A DNA stretch of 64,000 nucleotides. Origin: Macrostomum lignano. Taxonomy: Eukaryota. Position numbers and translations under genes: made by a program. The stretch covers positions 47,237 through 111,236 of the forward strand of contig NIVC01001360.1 of assembly GCA_002269645.1 (NCBI GenBank). Reading direction: 5' to 3'. Shown here piece after piece: positions 18,548-31,200 of this stretch (its first letter is position 1; each line of letters opens with the position of its first letter). The notes under the pieces are model-generated. The model searched no databases. It saw only the letters and a program-made list of their open reading frames with translations, and had not been told where the DNA came from.

Positions 18548-21500
18548 ATGTTTTGGATTTGGAAAATTTATTTTCTAAATGTTTTCAAATATGCTTTAAA
18601 TATAAAAAAATTAAGAAACTTAAACAAAATCAAACATAAATGAAAAAACTTTTGAAATAAAAATGTATTTTAAAAAACTAAAACATAAAATTTTACATAA
18701 TATTATTCATTTTGCAGTAGCACAGCCCATATATTTAAAAGAAAGTTATATCAAGTAAAGTTGATCCTAAAGTTGCAGAAACATTTTTGGCAATGATTGT
18801 TTAAGTGTAATAATTAGTTGGTTTTTTCAAAAATGCTAATATATTGACTTTGGTAAAGTTCTCAAATTGCACAAATGTACTGTTAGTCAGTTAGTATTAC
18901 TATAGTAATTAGAATTAGCTAGAATATTTATATAAGAATTAAGTTCAATTCAAATGTATAATTTACTATTTACTAAGTTTAATTCTTGCAACTTCAATAG
19001 AATTTTACTTAAAGAGCAGACTAGTTGGCAGTTGCTTAATTAGATCATTAATTAGATGATAAGGCATTATATTTAACAATGTCATAGGCCTAGTTACTCC
19101 CACTGTTTACCTTTTACTTTTTGCTTACATTTGGAAACAAATTCAGATATTCAGATTTGGATTCAATTTTTTGCGCATTTAGATTTGGTTTAGAAAACTT
19201 GCAAAAATCTACATTTGGTCCATCACTATTTAGTACCTAACTATAATATGCAATGTATGCAATAAAAATATCTGTTATTCTAGTCATTGACCCTGCCAGG
19301 CAGGGTTTCCATGCATTTTGGTACCCTATATTACTTTTTGTTGCCCTAGTTTATAATGCCAAATAATAATAAAAAGTAATCTTATAGCAAATATAATAAA
19401 TACTTTACAAAACATTTAGTACTATTTATAATAAAAGCAGTATCCATTTTGTTAAATTGGCATGTTTCTTAACTTTGGAAAAATCTGGTCAATTTAATTG
19501 CATGCATTTGCTATATCCTGTATTACAATTACAAGGCTGCACTTAGCATGCATGCCAAGAAAAGTTATTTAGGTAAAGATAAAATCTATCAACAATGTTA
19601 ATTTTAGTTTTGATTGAAATTATAAAATGTAACAAATCTATTCTAGTATTGATTTCTTTAGTCATATGATCCTATTTTTTCAAAAGTATAGATACCCTAG
19701 GCAAGGTCTTAAGTCTATAGCCCCAGGGACTTAAAAAAGCTTTTGTCAAAAAGCTTTAAAACTGGCAACTAGTGTTCTTATACAATTACAGCTATTATAT
19801 ATTTGGAGCACCTTATATAAATTCTCATAATAGGCCTAATATAAGTATAAATTCCTTACTAAAGCACAAGATATCCTCACTAAGGCATTCTGTGCTTATC
19901 TAAAAAGTTGATGCAAAAATATTAGTTTTGATTAACAAAATATTGAAATATAGTACAATAAATATTTAATCAATATTGTTTATGCAGATGCCATTTAGGG
20001 CCTAATGACAATTTTGTTAATTAAATATTTGGAATATGGAGATTTGACCATCTATAACAAAATAATCTTGCAGCTATAGAGATGGCATGATAGGTTCAGT
20101 ATAGCTAGAACTATGGAAATATGGAGATGTGACAGTTTAATACTATTGGTAGCATTCATTTATTTCTACTGCTTTACCTTTTACCTATGAAATCAAAGGC
20201 CTTTAAGTCCTTTAATTTATTGAATCAGTCTATCCAATCCAATATTATTTCATTATAAAAATATATATTCTTAATAGCAATATCCGTAGGCATATCTATA
20301 TAGATTATAGTCTATCTAAAAAACATTTATATTAACAATTTCTTACAGGCCCCTTATAGCCTCTATAGCTATAGTATTGAATAGAACTTAAAAATTTTGA
20401 ACATGCTTTTAAGCTATTTAGCTACATCAAAATCCAAAACACTTTAATTTAGATATTTTGCTTATTTAAATTTATAGTATTTTTATAGCCTAATCAGTGT
20501 TGGGCACTAGTCTATTAAAAACATTAACCTATTAGTAAGCATTAATAAGTATTAAGATTTTTAATAGAGATTAGACAAGATCCTAATCTAAAAGTCTTGG
20601 GATCCCAAGGAAAATTAATTTCCCACAAGTTTAGATCCTAACCCTACAAATATAAAATTCTCAGAATCCAATAAAAATTGTGGGTTTAACAAACAAAAAT
20701 AAAAAAACCAAAAAAATTAAATAGATTCCAAAAAAATCCTTAATTACAAAATAAGGAAAAAATTCAATCTTTAAAAATTGATTTATTAGGAATCAAAAAT
20801 AAGTATTTTGATTCAAGATTTGTAGAATTAGTGAGTAATTGAATGCATTTTGTTTTAACTTGTATTTGTTATGTAGGTCTAGCTATGCCTATCTACTTTA
20901 ATACTCGTAGCTAATATTTTTGTCTATATCTAATTGTACATCTCTTCTCTATAACTTAATATAGACCTATGGACTATGATACACTAAAAAACCTGATCCT
21001 GATTCCCAAATCCTGATCCCAATCCCAAACCTAAGAAAAAAATCCCAATTATCATCCTGCCTAATAACTTCAATCCTGTCTTCTGGACCTCTATTTTTCA
21101 TTAACATTAATAAAACTGCCATTGAGCTTTCTTGCATTAGCAACTTAAAAAAGTTACATTGATAATTGTTTTGCCAATAAAGAATTCATATTTAACACTA
21201 GTAACTATGCCAAAGAGTCCAAAGATGCAAGGAAAGAACAAAAGTATGTCTTGTAAGAAATTACAGCATTACAAATACAATATAACCTATATAAGTGCCT
21301 AATTAATCTCTTTGTTTACAATAATAATCATGCAAATGTAACAACTTACTTATGAACTTTAATGAACTAAAATATTTTTTGCTTCATATGAGCATCACTT
21401 TGAGCCTTAATTGACAAACACCTATATTCACCATTGTATTCATTATTGATAATAAATCTCAAAAGAGTAGCAATAATAAGTTTTTTATTGCTTGAAAAAT

Positions 21501-21629
21501 TGCAATTAAAAATCTTCATCTGCCAAAAAAAGTTTTATAAGAAGACTGCTTCTGACTTTTAAATCTGTAAATTTTGAATAGATCTGAAATGCTCCACACC
21601 TTTCATTAACAGTTTATGCAAAAATTTAT

Positions 21630-24305
21630 TTGCACTTGCTGGCCAACGAGTCCTCTGACTACAGCCCCAGTCACCCCACTGATGAAGTGGCGGAGGAGGC
21701 TGGGGAGCCGGCGAAGGCGTCCCAGTTGGCGCAGGAAGTGGCGGATCTCCAGCAGCAGCCCCAGCCCGATGGCGCATCGCCGCAGGCCGACCCGGCCATC
21801 GCTGCAAAACCAAGCGAGCAGAAGCCGGCCGACCCAGACGCTGTGGGAGCCGCGAACGCCAGCGACGGAGGCGGCGGCGGCGGGGGCGACAGTCGCAAAC
21901 GGCGCCGTCACCGCAGCGGAAGTCGTCACCATCGTCGGTCCCGCTCGCGCTCCAGGGGCAGTCGCGGCGGCAGTCGGCGGCGCGATCGCCGAGATGCCGC
22001 CGACGCCGAAGGCGACTCCGACAGGCGCCGCCAACAACGGCGCAGGCGCTCGCGCGATCGGCGCCGCTCGTCTCGGGATGCTGCTGACGACAAGGAAAAA
22101 TATGGCACCGCCACAGCCTCCAATGCGGATGGGGAGGCCGACGCCTCCGCTGTAAACAACGGCGCCGACGCCGGCGCGCCTGATAGCGCCAAAGATCGGC
22201 GCCACCAGCATCGCCGGCACTCCAGATCGCACTCGAAGCATCGCAGTAGCGGCCGGCGGCGCAACAGGTCGCCTCCGAGGTCGCGGAGTCCCGCCGTCCG
22301 CGAGGATCGATCCCGGGACAAGTCCAAGGACAGGTCTCGGGACCGGGACCAAATCAGAGATCGGGACAGAGACGGGGACCGGCACCGCCGCAGCCGCAGG
22401 CGGCATTCCCGCTCCAAGTCCCGCTCGGGGACGCCGGCCAAGCAGCCGCAGGCGGACGATCGCGAGCGGACGCCGGTTCGGGACGAGCGGAGCGGCCGCC
22501 ACAGACGGTGGTCGCCAGAAGCGTCCCGCGGCCGTGTCATCCACAACGGCCTCGAGCCGTCCGCTGAAATCGCTGCCCAGCTTCTCCGGGAGGCCGACAT
22601 GGCGGCCCGAGGTCCGCCGCGGACTCAGCAGCAGCCGCCCCCGCTACCGTCTACTGCGCCGACTCCGGTGACTTCAGTGCCCCCCGGATTCAGCGGCGCT
22701 CTCGGGTTCGGGGTTCGGCCGCCGATGCTGCTGCAATCCGGGCCCGTTGCCGGCTTCCAGAACCCGCCGCCGCCCATGCCGCCGATGTCGCAGTCGGGGA
22801 TGCCGCCCTCCCGGCCACCGCCTCCGCACTCGCAGTTCGGCGTTCCTAACTTTGCCGCATTTCGGCCCGGCCAGCCGCCGCCGCCGCTGCACCACCTGCC
22901 GGGCATGCCGTCCCGCTTCTCCACCCCGCCTCCTGGCATGCCGCACCACCAGCCCCCGCCGCCGCCCCCTCCGCCGCATTCGTCTCAGCAGCAGCAACGG
23001 CCGCCGCCGCCGCCCCCGCCGCCGCCGCCCCCGCCGCCGCATTCGTCTCAGCAGCAGCAACGTCCTCCACCGCCGCCGCCGCCGTCGCAGTTCCCGTCGA
23101 GCCTGATGGACACGCTTGCCATGCAGGCCGGCATCCCTACGCCGACCACTTCCGCCGCGGCCTCCAGCGCCTCCGACAAGCAGCAGCAACAGCAGCCGGC
23201 GAGCCAGGACTCCTCCATCCAGCACATCCAGCAGCTGCTGTCCTCAACGGCTTCCAACATTCTCAGCAACATTCTCAAGAAGCAGCAGCCGCCACCGCCG
23301 CCGCCTCCCCCGCAGCAGCAGCCGTCCCCGCCGAAGCAGGCGATGCCCCAGCTGGAGGCCCCGCAGCCTCCGCCCCCAGCTGAGCCGGTTCGCTTCAATC
23401 TGCCACCGATGCCCACGCCCGAGCAGATGCAGGCCAAGCGCAGCGGCCAACCCACAGGGCACGCGGCTGGCGGCAAACCCGGCGGCGGCTCCAAGGCGGC
23501 CCGGCAGCCTCGCGGCGGTGCCGCTGACCGCATGGCAGCGGCGGACCCGTCGGACCCGAAGCTGGCGGCGCTGCTAGCGAAGACGCGGCGCGACCAGTTC
23601 GCCAACAAGGCCGACTGGCAGGAGCGAATCGCCGCCGAGGTCAAGCTGACGCTGCGGCCGCTGTACACGGCCAGGCAGATTGACAAGAACGACTATAAGG
23701 AGATTCTTAAGAAGGCCGTCACAAAGGTGCGACTCTGAGTTTTCATTTCATTTGCCTGTTTCGGTTACTTTATGAATTCATTCCGAGATCAGTTACTGAA
23801 AGTAACAGCTGAGGCGGCGGAATTTTATTTAAACATTCCTCATTGCGAAAAATGTCGTCATTACGCTCGTAACCAAAGATAGCTTAATCGAACTTCAACC
23901 AACTCTACGACCATCTCCTATGACTCTCCCACCCCGTAATTCACTCACTCATTCACTCATTCATTTAGTCACTCACTCACTCATTCGTTCACTCACTTAC
24001 TCAGCAGCAGCAACGGCTTCCGCCATTCACTTATTCACTCACTTACTCACTCACTCACCCACACACTCACTCACTCACTCACTCACTAACTCACTCACTC
24101 ACTCAATCACTCACTCACTCAATCACTCACTCACTCAATCACTCACTCACTCACTCACTCACTTATCTTGCAGATCTCGCGCAGCAACGCGCAGGACGTG
24201 CAGCCGGACAAGACCCGGGAGTTCGTGAGCACCTACGTGGACAAGCTGGCCAGGGCCAAGAAGCACGAGATCCGGCGCAGCCAGGTGGTCTCCTCCAGCG
24301 ACTGA
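21630..24305 (+). CDS. RS- and Pro/Gln-rich protein with a SCAF1/SCAF11/PHRF1-type C-terminal Pol II CTD-binding (SRI-like) domain; 5'-partial; join(<21630..23726,24174..24305)
   Basis: RS/RD dipeptide region and poly-Pro. The C-terminus ERIAAEVKLTLRPLYTARQIDKNDYKEILKKAVTK|ISRSNAQDVQPDKTREFVSTYVDK resembles the family motif VKLAIKPFY..KEEYK.ILRKAV.K..LV.AYVDK. No in-frame ATG at the 5' end. Confidence 0.82.
23940..24163. repeat. (CACT)n microsatellite in the last intron of the SCAF-like gene
   Basis: Imperfect CACT run. Confidence 0.93.
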
Positions 24306-26066
24306 GGCAGCCAGCATCGCCAGTGCTACAGACTAATTACTCGCTATTAGTTTGTTTTGTCAGGCTATACACGTGTTCATAGTTGCTGTGTACATAGTTA
24401 AAAACTAACTGCATTGACCTTTTTTGTACCTGGGAGAATTACAATTTAGCACTGTATTTTTATGACCATCCCCCGTGTACTCTGCAGTTGCGGATGCAGT
24501 TCGGCCATTCGCTGCAGTCGCGTCATGCGCGTCTGACTTATTTTTATAGCGTGTAATTCCTGCTGCGTTTACTTGCTGGCCTTTATATTAATATCTGCTC
24601 CTGCATTGCCCGACTTCATGGATTCGACCCCATCTCTCCCGTTGGCTCGCTTGGTTTCTATGGCAACTTGAGCTGAAACCTGCCACCGCGTCTGCATGCT
24701 TCACTGTTTTTAGCTCTGATTAATGTGTTTTTAGTCCGACTGAGCTGCAGCCTCACCGCAGTCATTCAGGCTGCAGAAGCCCAATGACCGAGTCCGTTTT
24801 CAACTGGATGTTGAACTGAATAAACTGCGCTCCCTAAACTGAGCGTCCCTCTTGTCCTCGGTGGGTTGCCGTTGCAGCCCGTCCGATTAATTGCTATTTT
24901 TGTCCCGCCATTCTCGCTACTTTTATTCAATCCAAGCGTAGAGTCACAGATACTAGAATAACTAGATGAGCCACTCAGGCACATATACTTAGTAAAACAG
25001 CTTGTTACTTTCAGCTCAGTAGCAAAGAAGAATACATAAGCTATTTTATAAAAATAAAGGCAGCTGAAATGACTTTGATAAATTGTCCAAGCTTGCAGGC
25101 GTAAACAACTTGCTCTAATTGGTTCAGAAGTAATGTACATTAGCCAGTCCACTGAAATGTACATGTCCGCTTTAGCCTGGAATTCCGATAAGGGCAATAA
25201 AAATTGGGGTGCGCGGGGGGGGGTAGGGTAGAAAGGCGCGGTTGGAGGGGGTTTCAGCTGAGGGTAAGAGGCAATAAATGAGCCTTGGCTTGAAAAATAC
25301 ATAAAAATGCATCTGTTTAACTTGCTACTGAACCGAAAGTAGCTTACACGCAAATGTGCTGAGTGGCCTATTTAGTAATTCTAGTATCTGTGCGTAGAGG
25401 TTATATAAGCGACAGTTTCTACTGGCAGTAGTCTGAATATAGTTGCATTGCGAGATTTAAAAAAAGTACATCAGATAACCAACTAATGGTTTGAGCAGGT
25501 ACTTGGAGAAGGACCCGTCTCTTCTAGTAGGGGTTTCTAAACTAATTCTGCTGCTACTAAACTGGACCGCAACAGAGTTCGAGAATTTTATTGAGATCAC
25601 GACACAGGTCATAGGAAAATTCCTGCTTAAATATTTGATTAAGAAATATAGGCTGATCAAGCAACCATAAACTGCATGTCTTGGTGAATTTAATAAGCAG
25701 CATTACATGCGAGACCTACGATTTGAAATTTCGAAAAAAGGATCAAGAATGTATCAAAACGTCTTAGGAACACATTAATAATTTTATTTAATAAAAGACA
25801 TTACAGATTAGCATTACGAAATGGCTGTCCCAGCACTCAGTGGGGATACTTGCGGCAAATTCGTTTATCCGTTGTGTTGCAAATCCGAGTATCGTCAAAG
25901 TAGTGCGTGGCGCTCTGCAGGAAGCTTTCCAGTTCCCGCTGCTCTGTGGGCAGCAAGCCTGCGGGATTCGGTTGTGGGCTGCATGGCAACTTGACGGCGT
26001 CGGAGCACTCATTGCTGGGTTGCAACAGTGAGAACCAATTTCTGTAACAGCTAGAAGCATGCCGTC

Positions 26067-26510
26067 TCCATCACATGTCTCACTGACTGCTAGCCCTCTA
26101 CTCCACCATTTCCATCACGTCTCACTGGCTGCTAGCCCTCAGCTCCACCATTTCCATCACGTCTCACTGGCTGCTAGCCCTCCACTCCATTTCCATCACG
26201 TCTCACTGGCTGCTAGCCCTCCACTCCATTTCCATCACGTCTCACTGACTGCTAGCCCTCTACTCCACCATTTCCATCACGTCTCACTGGCTGCTAGCCC
26301 TCCACTCCACCATTTCCATCACGTCTCACTGGCTGCTAGCCCTCCACTCCATTTCCAGCACGTCTCACTGGCTGCTAGCCCTCCACTCCATTTCCATCAC
26401 GTCTCACTGGCTGCTAGGCCTCAGCTCCACCATCTCCATCACATGTCTCACTGGCTGCTAGCCCTCCACTCCATCATTTCCATCACGTCTCACTGGCTGC
26501 TAGCCCTCTT
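26067..26510. repeat. 39/42-bp minisatellite (CCATCACGTCTCACTGGCTGCTAGCCCTCCACTCCATTT)
   Basis: About 11 tandem copies. Confidence 0.93.
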
Positions 26511-26545
26511 CGCCATCTCCGCGAGCTCGCTCAGCTATCCAAGCC

Positions 26546-27400
26546 CTACTTTACCCGCAAGGCTGCCTGCAACTCACCAGTGTTGGCTCGCGAAGCCTCG
26601 GTGACGGGCTGCCGCAGGATGTTGATGAGGTCCTCGCCGTGCTGGTACTTCACCTGGGGCGGCACGATGGTCGCGTCCGCCTCTCCGGCGTGTTCTGCAC
26701 CGGCGGCTGGGTCGGCGCGCTGCCGAGTCGTCCGGTTGCCCACGCGGCTGAGGATGAGGTCAGAGGTCGGCTTGAGGCAGTGCGAGGCGCAAAGGCCCCA
26801 GCTGGTCTGCACCAGGGCGATGCGGGCCTCCAGCAGGTGGAGGTACTGCAGGATGTTTCGCAACGCGGTGCGGCAGCAGATTCCGGTTTGCTGATAGTTG
26901 CACTGCTGACAGATTGACAGTTCCTTTTCACTGCAGGGGTGCATCGGAATCACCTCTAATGAGCTGTCGCAGCTGGAGCTCTTCCAGTTGGCCTCATTAG
27001 CGAAGATCACCGCGAAGTGGTCCAAAAGGCCGTAGTGCTCCAGAAAGGTGTGCAGAAAGGCCACATTGGTGTTGGAGATGATCACCTGGACCACGCGCTC
27101 GCGGTACATCTCCCGCACCGCGTCAACCATGAGGCGGTGCAGCGGCAGCGACCGGATGAGGCTCTCCACGGCCCAGCGGCCGATGCGGTACTCCTGCAGC
27201 GTGGACATCACGTGAGTCATGTAGGTTGGGCCGCTCCAGCCGAGGTTCTTCTGCGAGGCGTTCAGCGCGTGTCGTCGTTCGGAGGGCAGCAGCCCCGCTA
27301 CAGCGTCGTCGATGTTGCCCATCACGATTGTGTCGTTGACGTCCCACACCACCAGACGGGGCGACCGCCAGGGGTCCTTGTTGAGGACGGCGTGCGCCAT
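26546..27400 (-). CDS. PHOSPHO1/PHOSPHO2-like HAD-fold protein, probably catalytically dead; may splice at 26578 to an exon at 25788..26041
   Basis: LVVWDVNDTIV, VIISNTN, DHFAVIFANEA and P-H-x-C...C...ICC are collinear with PHOSPHO proteins. ATG at 27400; strong gtgagt donor below 26578. Confidence 0.75.
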   Translation of the reverse strand: MAHAVLNKDPWRSPRLVVWDVNDTIVMGNIDDAVAGLLPSERRHALNASQKNLGWSGPTYMTHVMSTLQEYRIGRWAVESLIRSLPLHRLMVDAVREMYRERVVQVIISNTNVAFLHTFLEHYGLLDHFAVIFANEANWKSSSCDSSLEVIPMHPCSEKELSICQQCNYQQTGICCRTALRNILQYLHLLEARIALVQTSWGLCASHCLKPTSDLILSRVGNRTTRQRADPAAGAEHAGEADATIVPPQVKYQHGEDLINILRQPVTEASRANTGELQAALRVK

Positions 27401-28281
27401 GGCTGCTGACTGGATTATTGAACAATTTTGCAATGCTTCGCTCGGTTGTAAACTATGAGCTGAGGTGAATTCGCTAAGCAATGGTGCTATATATTTGACT
27501 GGCTCTGGCCATAGACAAATAGGGGGTGCTTTGCCAGCTCGAATCTTCACAACGTCGAAGAGCGAACTATTTCACAAGGTCGAAGTTTCGCAATATCGAG
27601 AACTCTTTAGTCATCAAGATTTTTTCTGCGAGAAAACAGGATGTCATGTATTTGTCCGACCTAAATTTTCGTAGCACGTGCTCCTATCACTGAGAATGTA
27701 CTCAAAGTTTACTTGCAATCGCATGATGAGCACTTGCTGTGACTCGAAGAATATTCACTTGAGCAGCTGCTCATTTTTTCGCACACCGATCGCCTAAAGC
27801 TAAAGAAATTCTGCAGAAAATTTTGGCTCAGAAGTTTTAATTACAATAAGGCACTGGACTTAAATTAAGCACAATTGACATTGACTCAACGACTCAACGG
27901 CTTTGGCACTTAACGCACCGCTTCGCCCAGTCAATACAGCCGTCTCAGTGCGAGCTCTCAGCTTTTGAGTAGCATATTCTGCCCTCTTCTCTCTCATCTC
28001 ATTCTCAGTGCCCCCGGTTGCCATAGTGACCGTACAGACCCATCACTACTGAAAGCCTGCTATTTATAGAGGCCTGCACTCGCACCTGTACAGTGAGAGC
28101 ACTGTGAGCACAATGCGGCCATTTCATACTCAGGCACTTTGCGCTCAACCCCCAAGCTGCCTTTTGGGTGGATAAAATTGCAACGCAGCACAGTCTGCCT
28201 CAAAGCCTACAACCAACTGTACAGTGAGCAAAGCTTTTTCTTTGCTGATTTGCTCCATCCGGAGATCGCAGCAGCAGTGCA

Positions 28282-31200
28282 ATGGCCAGCTCCCGCAGCG
28301 GGGACAGCATCGATAGTCGTCGAAGCAGCGGCTCTCGTGACGTCGACCGGCGAATGTCCGAGGCTCGTCTGAAGATGCTGCAAGAGGTTCGCGGCGCTTT
28401 TAGACTCTGAATCAAACAGATATTTGTACGGACTGGCAGTGGGAGACAGCGGGAAAAGTAACACAATACTCTGTCATTGCGACTTAACACGGGAACTGCC
28501 ATCACAGGGGTGCCTCAGCGCTAGGGCGCACCGCTGACCGAATCCGGAGCCCTGCATGGCCAGTAGGCAGTCGAAAAAGTGTTAATAAGTCGTTTCTGTT
28601 CTTGCTGGTGGCTGGGGGGGGGGGCTGCAGGGTCAGCAGCAGCGCCGTGCACTTGTTGTGGGCAGAGCGACTGAATTTTGAAACAAAACAACTGAATAAT
28701 TTGAGGTGGCGTCCATTCTTTCACTTAAAAGTGTATTCACTTCTTCCAGAAGCTGGCCTCGGAGAAGCAGAAGGCCGCCAGAAATAAGTACCGCGAGGTG
28801 GCAGGCCGAGACCCGGACGGCGGCCAAATCGGCGACCTGGACGCCGAGATCCAGCTGGCCAGGCTGCGCCACACCGACCTGCGCAACCAGATGGAGAGGG
28901 AGCGGCAGCTGGCCGAGAAGCTGGCCGACAGGCCGAGAAATTCGAGTGTCGGGCATGCGACCCGGCGATCGCAGAGTCCGCGGGAGCGTCGCGGTGGTGA
29001 GCGCTGTCGGGTGTCAAAATTTCAATTTTTCAAGATGCTGAAACGGTCTTCATCAATTTATATCTCAACTGTACAGATTTGCTTTTCAATTATGCGTTTC
29101 TATTCTGCATGCAATTATTGATTAGCTGTGCAGGCGTCAAGCTTTCCCCTGTTTCACCTGTGCCTCTGCCTTCTTTAAATCGTGTCCGAGCGCAGGCAAA
29201 GAGCTGTCAGGAATTTGCCACGCTGACCTCTCGATTACCATTTTATATTGTCCGCCATCGCCTCCGCCACCGCAGATCGCTTCTCGGAGATGATGGAGAT
29301 GATGATGATGCAGAACTCGCAAGTGCACAATATGATACTCAACCAGATGCTGATGAAGCAGACGCTGGGAGATTCTCCCTCCTACAGAGCAGCTCCGAGC
29401 CCGCCGCAGCCGGCGCAGCCGATGCCGATCTACATCCCCATGCCGACGTTCCCGCCGTACCCGCCGCCGCAGCAGCAGCCGCAGCAGATGTGAGTCTAAA
29501 CTGGTTTTAAGTTTATAATTTTATAATCTACACTGATTTGCTGCCTCTTTGCAGAGTTGAGTACCGGTCTAAGCCTGGAACTCCAGCGGCAGCTGCTAAG
29601 GCTGAAGAGGGTAGGTGCAAACTGCTCCTAGTTTGTCAGTAGCCACATCAATCTGGTTTTCTGATGCTGGTTAAAACGTGCTGAGCATTTCCGCTCCGTC
29701 GCTCCCATTTCAGCCAAAGCGGTGAAAAAGAGCAGCGGGCCGTACCCGTTTCCAGGAACTGGTAGGTTTTTGTTAAGCTAGCGAATTGGCATACTTGCAC
29801 AGCAGTGTCTCACCGCCGTCTCCATCACTCTCAACCCTACAGACAACCAGCAGAAGCTGAGGTGGCTCGCCTACGCAGCATTCTTCGTTGCAACACTGGA
29901 CAGGTGGACGAGAGAGGTGAGCAAATGCGATCAAACTGATGATAGATTGTGAATTTGAACTGATCCTACAGGTTGGAGGCTAAAAGTGCAGCTTCTACGA
30001 CAGTCTTTTGCTTATTTCTCCGTCCTCTCCTCCGCAGAACAAATTTCGGCCGACGAACGATTTTCTGTTCGACCTGAAGCTGAAGGAAATCCTGGAGACG
30101 CTGCACAGAATCTACAAGGCTCCAGATGGCCAGTTGTACAACATCACCATCTCCACCGTCATGGGCGCCGAGGCTGCTGAGCTCACCGAGCTGCTCAACT
30201 CGCCAAAGACGCTCAGCATCGAGGACGAGCGCTCGCTCACCACGGAGCTGTCCTACTGCATCGAGAATACGGTCTTCCAGATCACAGACATAATGGTACG
30301 GTTCTACCCCTGCACTTGAATTCCTCGCTCCCCGAGGCCTCTCTTTCTGGCTACGTAAAAGGATAGATAAATTTCTTCGAAGGGCTAGACAGGGAGTCGC
30401 AGGCGTGGGCACTTAAGCAACTTTAAAACACAGAAGCCACTGTGCTCGCATCCCCATGTGCTCAGACTCTATGCCCATTCTCACCCTGTTGTATCCCGAG
30501 ACGGATCAACCGGCTTCCCACTGCCTGGCAACCCAACAGTCTCACTGTCAGATGGAGTTGACAGTCAGCAACCGCGGAGGCCCTGGCGACAGAATTCTTA
30601 ATTTAGACCCAAAGAAACTCAAGGACAAAGACGCACTTGCGCGGTCCTTACAGCTTTGCGCTGCTTCGGTGCTAACCGACCAGTCGATAGTGTTCAACTT
30701 GAGTCGATCTATTTCGTACAGTTAGTTTGAATTATTAAATATCGATCCATGTTCAAGTGACTGGTGCCTCCTAACCAGACATGATCCGGGGCAGGGATCG
30801 CAGACATGATCCGGGGCAGGGATCGCAGACATGATCCTGGGCAGGGAACGCAGACATGATCCGGGGCAGGGAACGCAGACATGATCCTGGGCAGGGAACG
30901 CAGACATGATCCGGGGCAGGGAACGCAGACATGATCCGGGGCAGGGAACGCAGACATGATCCGGGGCAGGGAACGCAGACATGATCCGGGGCAGGGAACG
31001 CAGACATGATCCGGGGCAGGGAACGCAGACATGATCCGGGGAAGGTGCAGAGCTTCAACGCAAACAGGGGGCTGGTAGGTAAGCTACGCATACAGAAGGG
31101 CATACAGAACTTAAATATTTTAGAACTTATGGAGAAAAGGCGCTGGGTAAAAGTACAAATCGTTATATTTATGATTAATTTACAGCAATCCTGTCAACTT

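Noticed and set aside
24766-25660. Minus-strand ORFs downstream of the SCAF-like gene
   Set aside because: Non-ATG starts, AT-rich composition, no motif and no phase-consistent link to neighbouring exons.
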